Shown: positions 52,401 to 61,152 of the stretch, piece after piece
Layout of the letters: every line of letters starts with the position of its first letter
How positions within the stretch are numbered: the stretch's first letter is position 1
Origin: Octopus sinensis
Lineage: Eukaryota
Length of the DNA stretch: 64,000 nucleotides
Direction: 5' to 3'
NCBI RefSeq assembly: GCF_006345805.1
Contig: NC_043006.1
Coordinates: 79,546,001-79,610,000 of the forward strand
Position numbers and translations under genes: made by a program
The notes under the pieces: generated by a model
Database searches by the model: none
The model's input: only the letters and a program-made list of their open reading frames with translations
What the model was told of the DNA's origin: nothing

Positions 52401-54387
52401 CCCAGGTCAGCTTTGATATTTTTCTAAGATTGATAAAATAAGGATCAACTATTGAAAAAGATGCTTCAACATGGCTGCAGCTCTTTGACTGAAACCAATA
52501 AAATAGCATTATACAAGGGATGCTGAAAAGTTCCTGGCTTTGGGTAAAAGAAAATACAAGAGAACCATTTAATTATTTCTTTATTGAACATATCCCCCTT
52601 TCAGATTCACACACTTATTACAGCAGTTTTTCAGTTTCTCTAAGCCCTGTAAAAGGGCTCAGAAGGTTGGGCCTCCCGCCAGACCTTTTGCAATACCCAT
52701 AAAGCCAGGAACTTTCCGGTACCCCCTCATATATGCATGTCTATTTGTACTTCTACATGCACACACACGTAGACACACAGCTTAAATCTTTTGTTACCAA
52801 CTCACTTGAGAGTGCCTTTGGTTCTATTACACTATTAACTTCATGCTTTTTAAAGTTGTCAATATTGAAACAATCCATCAAAATTTTATGCTTATGTTTC
52901 AATTACTAACTTAAATGAAGCTATTTTACTATATTTAAAAAAAAATTATTTGAAAGAAACACCCTATATTCCAACAGAAATATGATAAAACAGAGTTGAT
53001 GTATTATATCCAAATATGCATCTCAGTGATGTATTTTTATGTTCGACGTGTTCTCCAATAATGTCTTGGAATTAATCATACCCATCTTTACTAAAAATCT
53101 TACAATCATAGCTTATACATTTTTATTGAAACTTTTTTTTTTTTGTCTTCTGAATTGTGCCTCGGCAGAGCATGGCTTTGTATGTTGTGGTGAAGTTAAT
53201 TCATGTAGAACTAACACTCACATACGTAACCAATATGATGTAAAGAAGGTTAAGCATCCAGGAAGACAGCTCTCAAGTTGCTTCCGGGTAGCTTAATCAC
53301 AGCCAGTTGGTGGAAGATTGGGCTTTGATTCATCTAGCAGAAAGCTTCAAGTAATATAACCAAACTGAAAATGTCACCATGAAAACAGGATTGACATGAT
53401 ACATTGGTGCAGCAGACAATATAGTTTGTGCCAGGAATAAGTATGTTATGATGTCACCAAGCAACACCACAAGCAACCACACCTTTCTTATTTCCACATG
53501 GTTCAGTAGGATGAGTAGACTTCATTCAGAACAAGTAGGTGTGTGTGTTTTATGAAGGTGGAAGGGAGTGTCAACCAAACTCATCATAGGATATTAATTT
53601 TTGGGGGTTTGGTATACACTTAGCAGGAAAATTGCTATGATTCAATGAATTTAGAGATAAACAGGATTGTGTAAGGCAAATGAATTCACAACATGCACAA
53701 TAAATTTCAGGAAAGCTACCATCCAATAATTTGTGTACAAAACAGGTGGGCTGAGAGCCAAATAATTTTCATCCTGACTGGGAAGACAAACAACCAAGCC
53801 TGTGTGGAAGCCTCTACACAGCTGCTTGACTTGCTAGAAATAGTAACCAAATCTCTTGAAATCACAGCCTATCACTTTTAACCCTTCAGCATTTAAATCA
53901 ACCATATCCAGCCAAAATATTTGACCTGCTTTATGTTCAAACCAGCCTTTCACACCTACCCTACAATGTCATTTTAGAAATAAACAATCACATCATCAAA
54001 ATCTTGAAAGACAGCATGGCCATGGCTGGTATATCCAGGCAATATCTCAATATTTCTGCAGAAAGTTATTACTACTATGAGGCTAAACTTCGTTTCTTGC
54101 ACAGAAAAGTGCTTAGTTACTGTCTTTCAAGTCCCAAGAACACCACCATTTGAATTGCAGTTGCATGCAGCCCAGGACATTACAAAACTTGCAGTAAAAG
54201 AGAATGCAATATCTTCTCTCCAAGATGAAAATCAATACTAGCTAGTTAAAAAAAAATAAAAGAAAAGAAATAAAATAAAAATACCTGAAGATGTGAAGTG
54301 CACTTTCTTTAAGTCGAGGATCTTCAGAGCTTGCGCAGTCTAAGAGAAATTTCAGTATATCTGGCCAAGTCATATTACCCTCCTCAT
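1148..54387 (-). CDS. IPO5: Importin-5 (karyopherin beta-3/RanBP5), partial multi-exon gene; 20 coding exons in window, 5' and 3' exons not in window
   Basis: 20 GT-AG bounded exons totalling 2252 nt splice into one open frame with matching phases. Peptides align in order with my recollection of vertebrate IPO5 (e.g. [100 protein letters not shown]). Confidence 0.97.
2983..3038 (-). CDS. IPO5: IPO5 exon: (E)[18 protein letters not shown]
   Basis: gtttgcag / gtcagt; 56 nt, phase 1 to 0; matches the KRQDEDYDEQVEESLQDE region. Confidence 0.93.
5190..5301 (-). CDS. IPO5: IPO5 exon: [37 protein letters not shown]
   Basis: tatttcag / gtatgg; 112 nt, phase 0 to 1. Confidence 0.94.
5408..5477. repeat. 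(GA)n microsatellite, (CT)n on the pre-mRNA
   Basis: About 35 uninterrupted GA units. Confidence 0.97.
6185..7790 (-). mobile_element. Decayed Gypsy (Mag/K02A2.6-like) LTR retrotransposon gag-protease-RT fragment, interrupted by a SINE at about 6835-6962
   Basis: Minus-strand peptides with stops and frameshifts: gag ([36 protein letters not shown]), paired zinc knuckles ([28 protein letters not shown]), protease ([11 protein letters not shown]), RT start ([22 protein letters not shown]). Confidence 0.85.
8486..8658 (-). CDS. IPO5: IPO5 exon: (D)[57 protein letters not shown]
   Basis: acceptor TTTCCTTGACAACATGCATAG (U12 branch site), donor gttcgt; 173 nt, phase 1 to 0. Confidence 0.95.
10852..11194. 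repeat. Near-perfect long inverted repeat / foldback (MITE-like)
   Basis: Arms 10852-11011 and 11031-11194 are reverse complements except one 4-nt indel; 19-nt spacer; left end sits in a TA run. Confidence 0.9.
13081..13132 (-). ncRNA. Minimal type I hammerhead ribozyme motif (Penelope/retrozyme-like), sense to IPO5 pre-mRNA
   Basis: Minus strand TAGTCT-CTGATGA-AGGGATATCCCTAAAATCCCA-GAAA-CAGCTG-TA-AGACTA: 6-bp stem I, intact CUGAUGA and GAAA, 2-bp stem III with palindromic ACAGCTGT, GUA cleavage triplet. Stem II base is A/A rather than a canonical pair. Confidence 0.78.
13158..13209 (+). ncRNA. Second minimal type I hammerhead ribozyme motif (inverted copy)
   Basis: TTGTCT-CTGATGA-AGGGATATCCCTATTGTCCCA-GAAA-CAGCTG-TA-AGACTA; stem I GTCT/AGAC plus one mismatch; core intact; predicted cut after 13203. 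Confidence 0.72.
13320..13878 (+). mobile_element. RTE-type 3' tail module / SINE ending in (GAT)n
   Basis: GCATCCAGCTGTAGAAAC...CATGCTAGCATGGAAAGTGGACGTTAAACGATGATGAT; same module recurs near 2450-2820(-), 3245-3470(+), 9620-9800(+), 22545-22870(-), 25040-25340(+), 32440-32630(+), 36660-36980(+), 44500-44635(+), 47278-47515(+), 60120-60290(+), 61580-61820. Confidence 0.8.
13454..13705 (+). repeat. 63-bp GC-rich minisatellite, 4 copies, inside an RTE-tail repeat
   Basis: Unit starts (caccatcc) at 13454, 13517, 13580, 13643; a diverged fifth unit precedes them. Confidence 0.92.
14365..14521 (-). CDS. IPO5: IPO5 exon: [52 protein letters not shown]
   Basis: tattgcag acceptor; donor GTATCCTTT (U12-type); 157 nt, phase 0 to 1. 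Confidence 0.96.
16273..16334 (-). CDS. IPO5: IPO5 exon: (S)[20 protein letters not shown]
   Basis: ctgttcag / gtaagt; 62 nt, phase 1 to 0. Confidence 0.94.
16500..16925 (-). mobile_element. 5'-truncated RTE-clade LINE, RT C-terminus with (AAG)n tail
   Basis: [14 protein letters not shown]...[12 protein letters not shown]...[18 protein letters not shown]; ends gtaagaagaagaagaa. Confidence 0.85.
18240..18372 (-). CDS. IPO5: IPO5 exon: [44 protein letters not shown]
   Basis: ttctatag / gtaagt; 133 nt, phase 0 to 1. Confidence 0.97.
18424..18685. repeat. Direct tandem duplication, 144-bp period, about 1.8 copies
   Basis: cagagtttatggcacat starts at 18424 and 18568; copies differ by scattered substitutions. 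Confidence 0.92.
19191..19418 (-). mobile_element. piggyBac-type MITE
   Basis: TTAACCCTTTAA...CAAAGGGTTAA, same family. Confidence 0.8.
20275..20358 (-). CDS. IPO5: IPO5 exon: [28 protein letters not shown]
   Basis: ttgtttag / gttgga; 84 nt, phase 0 to 0. Confidence 0.95.
20783..21580. repeat. Inverted, permuted duplication (X-(TA)n-Y versus inverted Y-X)
   Basis: 20783-20950 pairs with 21300-21445; 21026-21150 pairs with 21450-21580. Confidence 0.8.
22222..22339 (-). CDS. IPO5: IPO5 exon: [39 protein letters not shown]
   Basis: ttttacag / gtatgt; 118 nt, phase 2 to 0. Confidence 0.97.
24600..25340 (+). mobile_element. RTE-type LINE 3' fragment plus 3' UTR, interrupted by a SINE at about 24756-24885
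   Basis: [18 protein letters not shown]...[10 protein letters not shown]...ERGLPW then [16 protein letters not shown], followed by the shared tail module ending atgatgatgag. Confidence 0.8.
26400..26500 (-). CDS. IPO5: IPO5 exon: [33 protein letters not shown](K)
   Basis: tgtttcag / gtaagt; 101 nt, phase 0 to 2. Confidence 0.96.
26683..26856 (-). CDS. IPO5: IPO5 exon: [58 protein letters not shown]
   Basis: ttttccag / gtaagt; 174 nt, phase 0 to 0. Confidence 0.96.
28835..29230 (-). mobile_element. Mariner transposase pseudogene fragment with one TIR
   Basis: Frameshifted [48 protein letters not shown] (DNAPxH and HPPYSPDL motifs); TA-CGAGGTGGTATCAAAAGG end at 28835. Confidence 0.82.
30192..30281 (-). 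CDS. IPO5: IPO5 exon: [30 protein letters not shown]
   Basis: tcttgcag / gtaacg; 90 nt, phase 0 to 0. Confidence 0.96.
30372..30776 (-). mobile_element. SINE family D, tRNA-like head
   Basis: GGAGGTGCAATTGCCCAGTGGTTAGGGCAGTGG...GGTTTCGATTCCC; related copies about 4250-4525(-) and 27624-27920(+). Confidence 0.8.
31031..31268 (-). mobile_element. SINE family B (tRNA-like head with central GCCTTTCATCCTTTCGGGGTCGAT domain, resembling the MetaSINE domain)
   Basis: GGCGGCAAGCTGGCAG head, B-box-like GTTCAAATTCC; other copies about 560-670(-), 6835-6962(-), 17690-17850(-), 20535-20670(-), 24756-24885(+), 26110-26310(-), 39553-39740(+), 47555-47760(+). The Meta assignment is from memory. Confidence 0.8.
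33222..33346 (-). CDS. IPO5: IPO5 exon: (A)[41 protein letters not shown]
   Basis: ttccacag / gtaaga; 125 nt, phase 1 to 0. Confidence 0.96.
34714..34820 (-). CDS. IPO5: IPO5 exon: [35 protein letters not shown]
   Basis: ctctccag / gtaaat; 107 nt, phase 2 to 1. Confidence 0.95.
34988..35403 (-). mobile_element. SINE family A, full-length copy
   Basis: Reverse complement of the 49203 copy along its length. Confidence 0.88.
35846..35933 (-). CDS. IPO5: IPO5 exon: (V)[28 protein letters not shown](S), acidic HEAT8 loop
   Basis: ttactcag / gtacta; 88 nt, phase 1 to 2. Confidence 0.94.
37822..37942 (-). CDS. IPO5: IPO5 exon: [40 protein letters not shown]
   Basis: ttacccag / gtgagt; 121 nt, phase 0 to 1; inside ORF-track 37802..37999. 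Confidence 0.95.
40232..40357 (-). CDS. IPO5: IPO5 exon: [42 protein letters not shown]
   Basis: ttctatag / gtaatt; 126 nt, phase 0 to 0. Confidence 0.93.
40902..41006 (-). CDS. IPO5: IPO5 exon: [35 protein letters not shown]
   Basis: ttcattag / gtaagt; 105 nt, phase 0 to 0. Confidence 0.92.
41461..41687 (+). mobile_element. piggyBac-type MITE
   Basis: TTAA-CCCTTTA...TAAAGGG-TTAA; further copies about 8060-8267, 19191-19418(-), 38580-39204, 42111-42337(-), 44636-44840, 53878-54005, 63450-63620. Confidence 0.82.
42111..42337 (-). mobile_element. piggyBac-type MITE, inverted relative to 41461 copy
   Basis: TTAACCCTTTAG...TAAAGGGTTAA; reverse complement of the 41461-41687 family. Confidence 0.82.
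42577..42670 (-). CDS. IPO5: IPO5 exon: (S)[31 protein letters not shown]
   Basis: tatttcag / gtgagt; 94 nt, phase 2 to 0. Confidence 0.92.
42819..44043 (+). mobile_element. Internally deleted pogo-family (POGK/BrkDBD-type) DNA transposon
   Basis: TA-CCATAAAAATCCCATGTAATTTGCGCA at left and TGCAGAAATTACATGGGTTTTTACGG-TA at right are imperfect TIRs; about 43455-43575 encodes a decayed [36 protein letters not shown]. Confidence 0.78.
45190..45516 (-). mobile_element. SINE family C (tRNA-like head, GCAAGACACTTTATTTCAC core)
   Basis: Head GGCACATGGCTCAGTGGTTAGAGTG...GTTGTGAGCTCGAATCCC; copies about 14570-14880(+) and 24090-24430(+). Confidence 0.82.
46790..47020 (+). mobile_element. Short interspersed repeat carrying a variant hammerhead-like core (Penelope terminal-repeat-like)
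   Basis: TCTTT-CTGTTGA-A-GAGC GTAG GCTC-GAAA-CGTA-AAAAGAC at 46859-46898; related copies at 55375-55555(-) and 46090-46205(+, decayed). Confidence 0.6.
48319..48720 (-). mobile_element. Non-autonomous Helitron, 402 bp
   Basis: Minus strand A|TCTTTATATATAAAAG ... CCTGAGCAACGCCAGG hairpin, 8 nt, CTAG|T: 5'-TC, 3' hairpin plus CTAG, AT target; internal ~102-bp tandem duplication (48372 and 48474). Confidence 0.85.
49203..49630 (+). mobile_element. tRNA-derived SINE family A (head, TA/TG microsatellite, body, AGTAAAAG tail)
   Basis: A-box-like TGGCTGTGTGG, B-box-like GGTTCAGTCCC, TTGGGCAAGTGTCTT; tail GACTGAAACAAGTAAAAGAGTAAAAGAG. Other copies (approximate): 1-420(-), 9181-9540(-), 15800-16165(-), 27052-27450(+), 34988-35403(-), 38705-39095(+), 45890-46420(-), 47021-47260(+), 48725-49130(+), 50005-50345(+), 51845-52250(-), 58568-58953(-). 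Confidence 0.88.
51845..52250 (-). mobile_element. SINE family A, full-length copy
   Basis: Same head, microsatellite and tail. Confidence 0.88.
52512..52731. mobile_element. Mariner-type MITE with TA target duplication
   Basis: TA-CAAGGGATGCTGAAAAGTTCCTGGCTTT ... AAAGCCAGGAACTTTCCGGTACCCCCTCA-TA. Confidence 0.82.
54285..54387 (-). CDS. IPO5: IPO5 exon (first found): (D)[33 protein letters not shown]
   Basis: ttttacag acceptor, gtattt donor; 103 nt, phase 1 to phase 2. Confidence 0.93.
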
Positions 54388-55333
54388 CTGTAAAATAGAA
54401 CATTGAAATTCAAATTAAGAAACAAGCTAAATCTCTAATTCAGTTATTTAAACCTCAACCTCTAAGAAATACAAGCCAGTTTTAAGCAATCATACCAATT
54501 GGAACAATTGTGCCCAATTAGCTTGGATGAGGTTTCCTTCCATTTGACCTCTTGTACGGTATGTAGCTATTCATATCCACTCTATTATCCCCCCATAACA
54601 TTTCCTCACACTTATTTTTTATTGTACTAATGTTCGTTGTGGCAACCCTGAAGAGATGCACCTAACAATGAGACAGTGATTTCTAGTGGTAATTATCATG
54701 GACTCTCCCATCGTTAGATGATGTATGAGGGTTCGGTAATTTTTTGCCGATCAACCTCACAGATGGTTTGTTTATAGTGACCAAATGTTTGTGTACACAT
54801 AAGCTCACTCCTTCATCAAATCAACATTACCTGTACAGGTGCACCATGTGCCACATGTCAGATGACAAAATGATCGCAGAGCAACATGAAATGAAGTGCT
54901 TTGCTCAAGAACATGATGCAACACCCAGTCTGGAATCAAACCCACAACATAAATTTGCACAGATGTGGCTAATGGTTAAGAAGTTTGCTTCCCACCCAAA
55001 CATGGTTTCGATTCCATTACACTGTATGGTACTGAAGACAAATGTCTTCTATTATGGCCTTAGGCTGACCAAAAACTTGTGAGTGGATTTGGTAAGCAGA
55101 ATATATGAAACAAGTGCTCTCTCTCTCTCTGTGCATGCATGTATGTATGCATCCTTGTCTAGACATCATGTGATAATTGTAAATTAGTGTCACTGACATA
55201 CAAGTAGTGTCATTCATTTCCAATATTCTGGGAAAAACATGCCTGGCTCTGGTAAAATATTACCTTGGCTTCAATAAAATCCATAGCAAGCACAGAAAAG
55301 TGAACATAAAAAAGAAAATCCATAGTGGTGTAT

Positions 55334-55374
<41 letters not shown>

Positions 55375-55555
55375 AGGAGAGTTTACGAAAAAAAACAAAA
55401 GACAAAGACAGGTGGTGTACAAAACAAACAGATGTATTAGTATAACGCTTGGGGATAGAAAAGTCTTTTACGTTTCGAGCCTACGCTCTTCTACAGAAAG
55501 GGACACAGAAAAAACCAAGGAGAGAAAAAAAATGTGTGTAGTGGCTAACGATCTA
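55375..55555 (-). mobile_element. Second copy of the variant hammerhead-like repeat
   Basis: Minus strand GTCCCTTT-CTGTAGA-A-GAGC GTAG GCTC-GAAA-CGTA-AAAGAC (plus 55463-55503). Confidence 0.6.
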
Positions 55556-58500
55556 TATACATATACACACACATATATATACATATTTATTTTTATGTTC
55601 CTGTTCATATTTTCCCAAGCTACCATGTGTATTAGTGAAGCATTGCTGTACAGCTGAATGCCTTTCCTGTTACTAACCCTTACCTATTTTTCAAGCAAGA
55701 GATCTCTTATTCTACACATCTTTGAAAGCACAAGGACAGCAGATGTTTTGCTGAAATGACAACATGACACCAGTCACAGCTCAGCAATTTCCTGAGAAGC
55801 ACAAATGAAAACGATCATTCACTCACACATACGCACACACATGCAGACAATGTGTGTGGCTTTCTTTAATTCTATTCATGAAACTGAACACACACAATAA
55901 TGCTTTTCCTCCCTAGAAAAGTGAAAAGTATTAGCTTTAATCTAAAGAGCTCAAACTTCAGGAAATTTCAATTACATGCAACTGTTTTTGACTTTATTCT
56001 TCATATTTTATTTATTTTATTTTATTTTCAAAGTCAGTCCGTCCCAAAGATTAAAAAGCTTATAATCCCATATATTTGAGTGACACAACATATTCACAGA
56101 CATACTCTACCTTGCATCTAGCATGTTGCTTGAAATGTAGGATAGCAATTGACAGAAATCTGATAGTGCATATAATGGCTACAAACAATAAGTAGTAAAA
56201 CAACAGGTGTACTGCATAGGGATGTCTAACAGACAGAGATGTAAAATTTCAGGTGCACCAGATACACAAAAAAAAATAAAAGAATAATTATCAGCAAAGA
56301 CAGCCATATACAGGTGACATGGATCTCTGGAGGAAGTAGTAGATACATGTTCTGTTATGTAAAGTAATTCTCATTTGAGGAGCTGTTATCAATAACATAA
56401 TGGTTATGGTTTAATATTTTAGAAGGGCTACTGTTTCTTGGCAACAAGAAATTTTGCATTCAGTAAGATAAACTGGAGAGAGAGAGAGTATGTAATCCAG
56501 TGAATGAAGGGATTGGAGAAATGTGGTGAGTAGAGAATTACTAATTCAGTTAGTAATGCTCTGTTGGATGTACCACATTAATAAGCAATGAGGAAAGCAC
56601 CTGTGCAATTGCTCAGTACATTTCCCACTCATATATAATCACCTGGTCTATCAGTTCAAAAAGACTAGCAGTTATTCCTCATCATGACTTTGTTATTGTC
56701 TTCAGAGCAGTTGTTCACTTAATCTGAATGGGATTTAACAAATCACACAAGATGACAAGCCACAAACCTAAATACCTTTTTTTTAAAAACTTGTTTAAGC
56801 CATTAATCTGCAGCTATGCTGGAGCACCACCCCAGGAGGGTGTTAGTCAAACAAATCGCCCACAGAGCAAGTGGTGGAATGGACGAACAGGACATACACA
56901 CACAGAGACACACATGACAGACTTCAATATAGCATCTACCAAATTCACTCATAAGGCATTGATTGGCCCAAGACAAACATGGACATAGTTATAAGCCCCA
57001 CCCCACCTCACCATTTATACACATGCATTCTGAAGTTACATGCTTTTCTTTGTTTAACACACCATTCAAATCTAGTCTAGCAGACTATATGTATACAAGT
57101 AAAAATTATCAACGGTTATGCACAATGATGAAAATATATCCAGAATCACTGGTTGGTATGCATATCTGCCGTTCTAATCCCTCCACTACTCTTGACAGTA
57201 TGGAGACACCCAAATTCCTCATAGCCTTAGACAGCCAATGTAAGCTCCTTCTACTTACATAGCAGGAAGACAATCTTTCCTCCCTGTGAACTCTGTGGTA
57301 ATTAAATCTCCTTACGATATCAAAACATGAGTCCCTGGCTCTAGTGAAGGTGACCAAACAAACTTAATATAAAACAATTTTGTCTTAATCACACAGAATC
57401 TTACAAACTACAGCAAAAGCAACTCCACTGATTTAGGCCAAGCCCCCATCTGTCCATAATGATAATCTCCTTGGTAGTTAAAGGAGTCCTTGGAGACAAC
57501 CTCACTTTCAGCTGCATCAGACTATTATGGTAAGCTCCTTCTATCTAAAAAACCCATACCTTGCCACTTCTAGTGACAGTCATGGGTTTGGCTTGTCATG
57601 AAAACGGCTCATGCACATCACGGAGACAACCTTTAATCACAAAAGCCTTAGGCTGCCATTGGGTTTCCCTTTCATAGCTAAATCCCCGTCCTTAAATCAT
57701 GGAGAACATGGCTTCTTAAGTCAAGCATATTTCAAACAAACACAAGAGTCAAGGAAAATGGTTTTGCCCCAATCACACATAAGATGCGGGCCCTGGAAGC
57801 CCAAAGACAGTTTAGGCGAGCACTGTTCCAAAACAAAGAAATCTCAATTCTCAAACCACAGATTTTGTTATTTTCTTCTTTTCAAAGAGCAAATACTCTT
57901 GTACCTGTTTCAGCCTACAAGTTGTGGCCATGCTGCAGCACAACCACTAAAAAATATAGAATGCCTTCACAAATTTGTTGTCCTTACACAAGAGTTATGC
58001 TAAATTTTCTGTAGTTCTAATTTTACTATTTGTAATGCAGAAGAATCATATAATTATTGAATATATTTTAATTAATATATTTACATTTACTAAATATATA
58101 CACACATTTACTGTTTTTATTTTACAAATAAATATATACCCATATACATATATTTACTAAATATAAATGCCCATATATATTTTACATTAATAATAAATAT
58201 ATTTAACATGAATACTTAAGGGTGGCCAAACTATACACATTTTAAAGTAGTAATACATATTCACAATAGATGATGGACACAAATGAAAAAGAATTTGGAA
58301 AATTTCAGTTCACACAAGTTGGATTCTTTTCCTCCACTTTTTTCCCCTCCGTAAATATATCTAATTATCCCACAAGGAAGCACTTACTTATAAAGAGCCA
58401 GCAAGCTCCCTAAAGATCACACACACACACACACACACAATTTTAGGTGCTGACCTAATTTATAACAACACCTGATACCCCACCAAACAAATAATTTTTT

Positions 58501-58567
58501 AAAAACCATTTGAGGCTAGTATTAAGCAACAGAACATAGAAAATAGCCAACAAAAACAAACTAACAC

Positions 58568-58953
58568 TTACTCTTTTACTCGTTTCAGTCATTTGACTGC
58601 GGCCATGCTGGAGCACCACCTTTAGTTGAGAAAATCGACCCCAGGACTTATTCTTTGTAAACGTAGTACTTATTCTATCGGTCTGTTTTGCTGAACCGCT
58701 AAGTTATGGGGACGTAAACACACCAGCATCAGTTGTCAAGCGATATTGGGGGGACGAACACAGACACAGAAACATACACACACACACACACGACAGGCTT
58801 TTTTCAGTTTCCGTCTACCAAATCCACTCACAAGGCTTTGGTTGGCCCGAGGCTATAGTAGGAGACACTTGCCCAAGGTGCCACACAGTGGGGCTGAACC
58901 CGGAACCATGTGGTTGGTAAGCAAGCTACTTACCACACAGCCACTCCTATGCC
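58568..58953 (-). mobile_element. SINE family A, full-length copy
   Basis: Same head, microsatellite and tail. Confidence 0.88.
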
Positions 58954-60577
58954 TTATTTTAAATATTTAAACAATTTAATTGTAATGTATTGGAGACACA
59001 AATTCATTGTTTGGGAGTGCATACGCGCATGTTGTATATGCTTGCACACTCAAATTACAATAGAAGGAAAATAATCACAAGAGATACAGCATGTAGTTGC
59101 TTGTGTTAGTTACCGACTGGAAACTTAACCATAATATTGATTCCTCTTAACAAAGCAAAGCAAAAAAGCTATTTCTCTTTTTCGAGGTGAGTGTATATTG
59201 CATTGAGTCGATATCTGGTATATTGATGGTGTATATGCTTTTTATAATGACATGAGAAAGTATAACAAGAAAAATTCAAGCTGATCCCAACAGGATGTGA
59301 AGTTTGAAACACCATGCATATTTAATCAGTTTCTGGGTAATCTAGCGTGGATTTTCGTCATTTTCAATCATCAACGACATGAGTGTCAACTATACAAAAC
59401 AACCATGCAACTGTTAGAAGCTGCATAAAAATTATTGAATAAAAAAGAAAAATCATTAAATCCACTCCTAAGCAAAATGTAGGTTCAGAAAGAACTATCA
59501 ATAGATATGTGTTGCTGGGAACTGAGTACAAATAAATGCTTTATGACTTGTTTCACTTTGACTACTGCCTCTTTAATCCCTATATTTTTAAAGAAGGGGA
59601 AATTAGGAAGTTATGTTCTTGTCTTTTCCAAGGGCATTAGCAATGTCAGTGAAATGGACCTACATTAACAGAGAATTAAAACTGGTTTTAACTTGTCACA
59701 GGCATGACACTTGCTCTGCAGGCCTTGTACACAAACAATTTTAACAATACTAAAGCATGGTATAAATGTGGGGTCAAGACTTTTGCATCCCAACCACATG
59801 GCTTCAAGTTCAGTACTACTGCGTAGAACCTCAGGCAAGTGTCTCCTACTATAGGCAGGAGGCTGATTAAAACCTTGTGAGGGAATCTAGTAGACAGAAG
59901 CTGAAAGAAGCCCATCATATGTGTATGTGTGCTTTACTGTTTACTTGTCCTAACATTGAAAGACAGCTGTAAACAAGTGTCACATGCATACAAGCAGTGT
60001 CCTTCATTTTCCAATCTTCCATGAAAACATCTGATCATGGGAAAATATTATCTTACTTAGAAACAGGTGAAGATCAGCAATAGGAAGGGCATCTGCCCAT
60101 AGAAAATCTGCTTCAATGCATTTCCTTGGAGTAGTTGGCGTTAGGAAGGGCATCCAGCTGTAGGAACACTGCCAGATCAGACTGGGCCTGGTGCAGCCTT
60201 CTGGCTTCCCAGATCCCAGTTGAACCATCCAACCCATGCTAGCATGGAAAGCGGACGTTAAACGATGATGATGATGATGATGATGTTGGTGAGCATGGAA
60301 AAGTGGACATGAAAAGGACATTGGTGATGATGACTAATATGACTATAGCACAGCATTGTGTTCATTCATTCTCATTGGACAAGATCCAATTTAGGCAATC
60401 CAATAACTATATATTGTTTGCTGGTGGGGAAGGGTCTTAACTGCTTAGCTTCCAGGTAACTAAAACTGAAGACTTTCAATCTACTAAGTCAATGGTTTCA
60501 CAGTAAGTCAAACTACATGTAGCTGCTTGTATAGAGCAAAATACTCAATAATGAAGTAGGACAGTTATCATCTAGCT

Positions 60578-61152
60578 CTATGTTTCACAACCATTTTTTA
60601 CCTAAGGACCCCATTGGCTCTTATTTTACTTGGATGGATCCTCCAAGCCATTTGATGCTTAAGAAAATCATATTTAGAAATAATACATCTCTAAATATCT
60701 CAGAGAAATTTATGCAGTAGTGGTAAGATAAAGTAGTTGTATACTGTCAACTTAATGTGACAGTCCCATGAAGGGAATCATACTACTGCTATTTAGCCCT
60801 AGGAAGCATCAATGCTTCCTGTCGACCATGACACATTTCCTGCGTCCTTTATGCTTGCAAACATAAGGACACAGGAAATGTGTCAAGGCTGACAGGAAGC
60901 ATTGCTGCTTCCTAGGGCTAAATAGCAGTAGTATGATTCCCTTCATGGGGCTGTCACATTAAGTTGACAGTATACAACTACTTTAAAATCATATTTATAT
61001 TTTCATAATTTAATATTAGAAATTGTATTTAAAAAATTGGTAAAATATTTTGTGTATTGCAAAAGTATAACCACTTTATTGCTGATAAATTTTAGCAACA
61101 AAATCTTATATGGACCCCCCAGGGATATATGGTCCCCAGTAGAGAACCACTG
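60578..61152 (+). mobile_element. hAT-type MITE remnant hosting a foldback insertion
   Basis: Right end CAGTAGAGAACCACTG, degenerate left end; body similar to 19981-20215. Confidence 0.55.
60729..60985. repeat. Long inverted repeat / foldback, arms about 125 nt
   Basis: TAAAGTAGTTGTATACTGTCAAC ... GTTGACAGTATACAACTACTTTA; few mismatches; loop about 60854-60862. Confidence 0.9.

Noticed and set aside
54277-54284. GTATTTTT donor as a second U12 site
   Set aside because: Lacks the CC of RTATCCTT and the downstream acceptor has an ordinary pyrimidine tract.
57100-57960. ORF cluster with short internal repeats and a good-looking gtaagt donor at about 57257
   Set aside because: No similarity to the IPO5 N-terminus or any protein I recognise; probably a decayed repeat.
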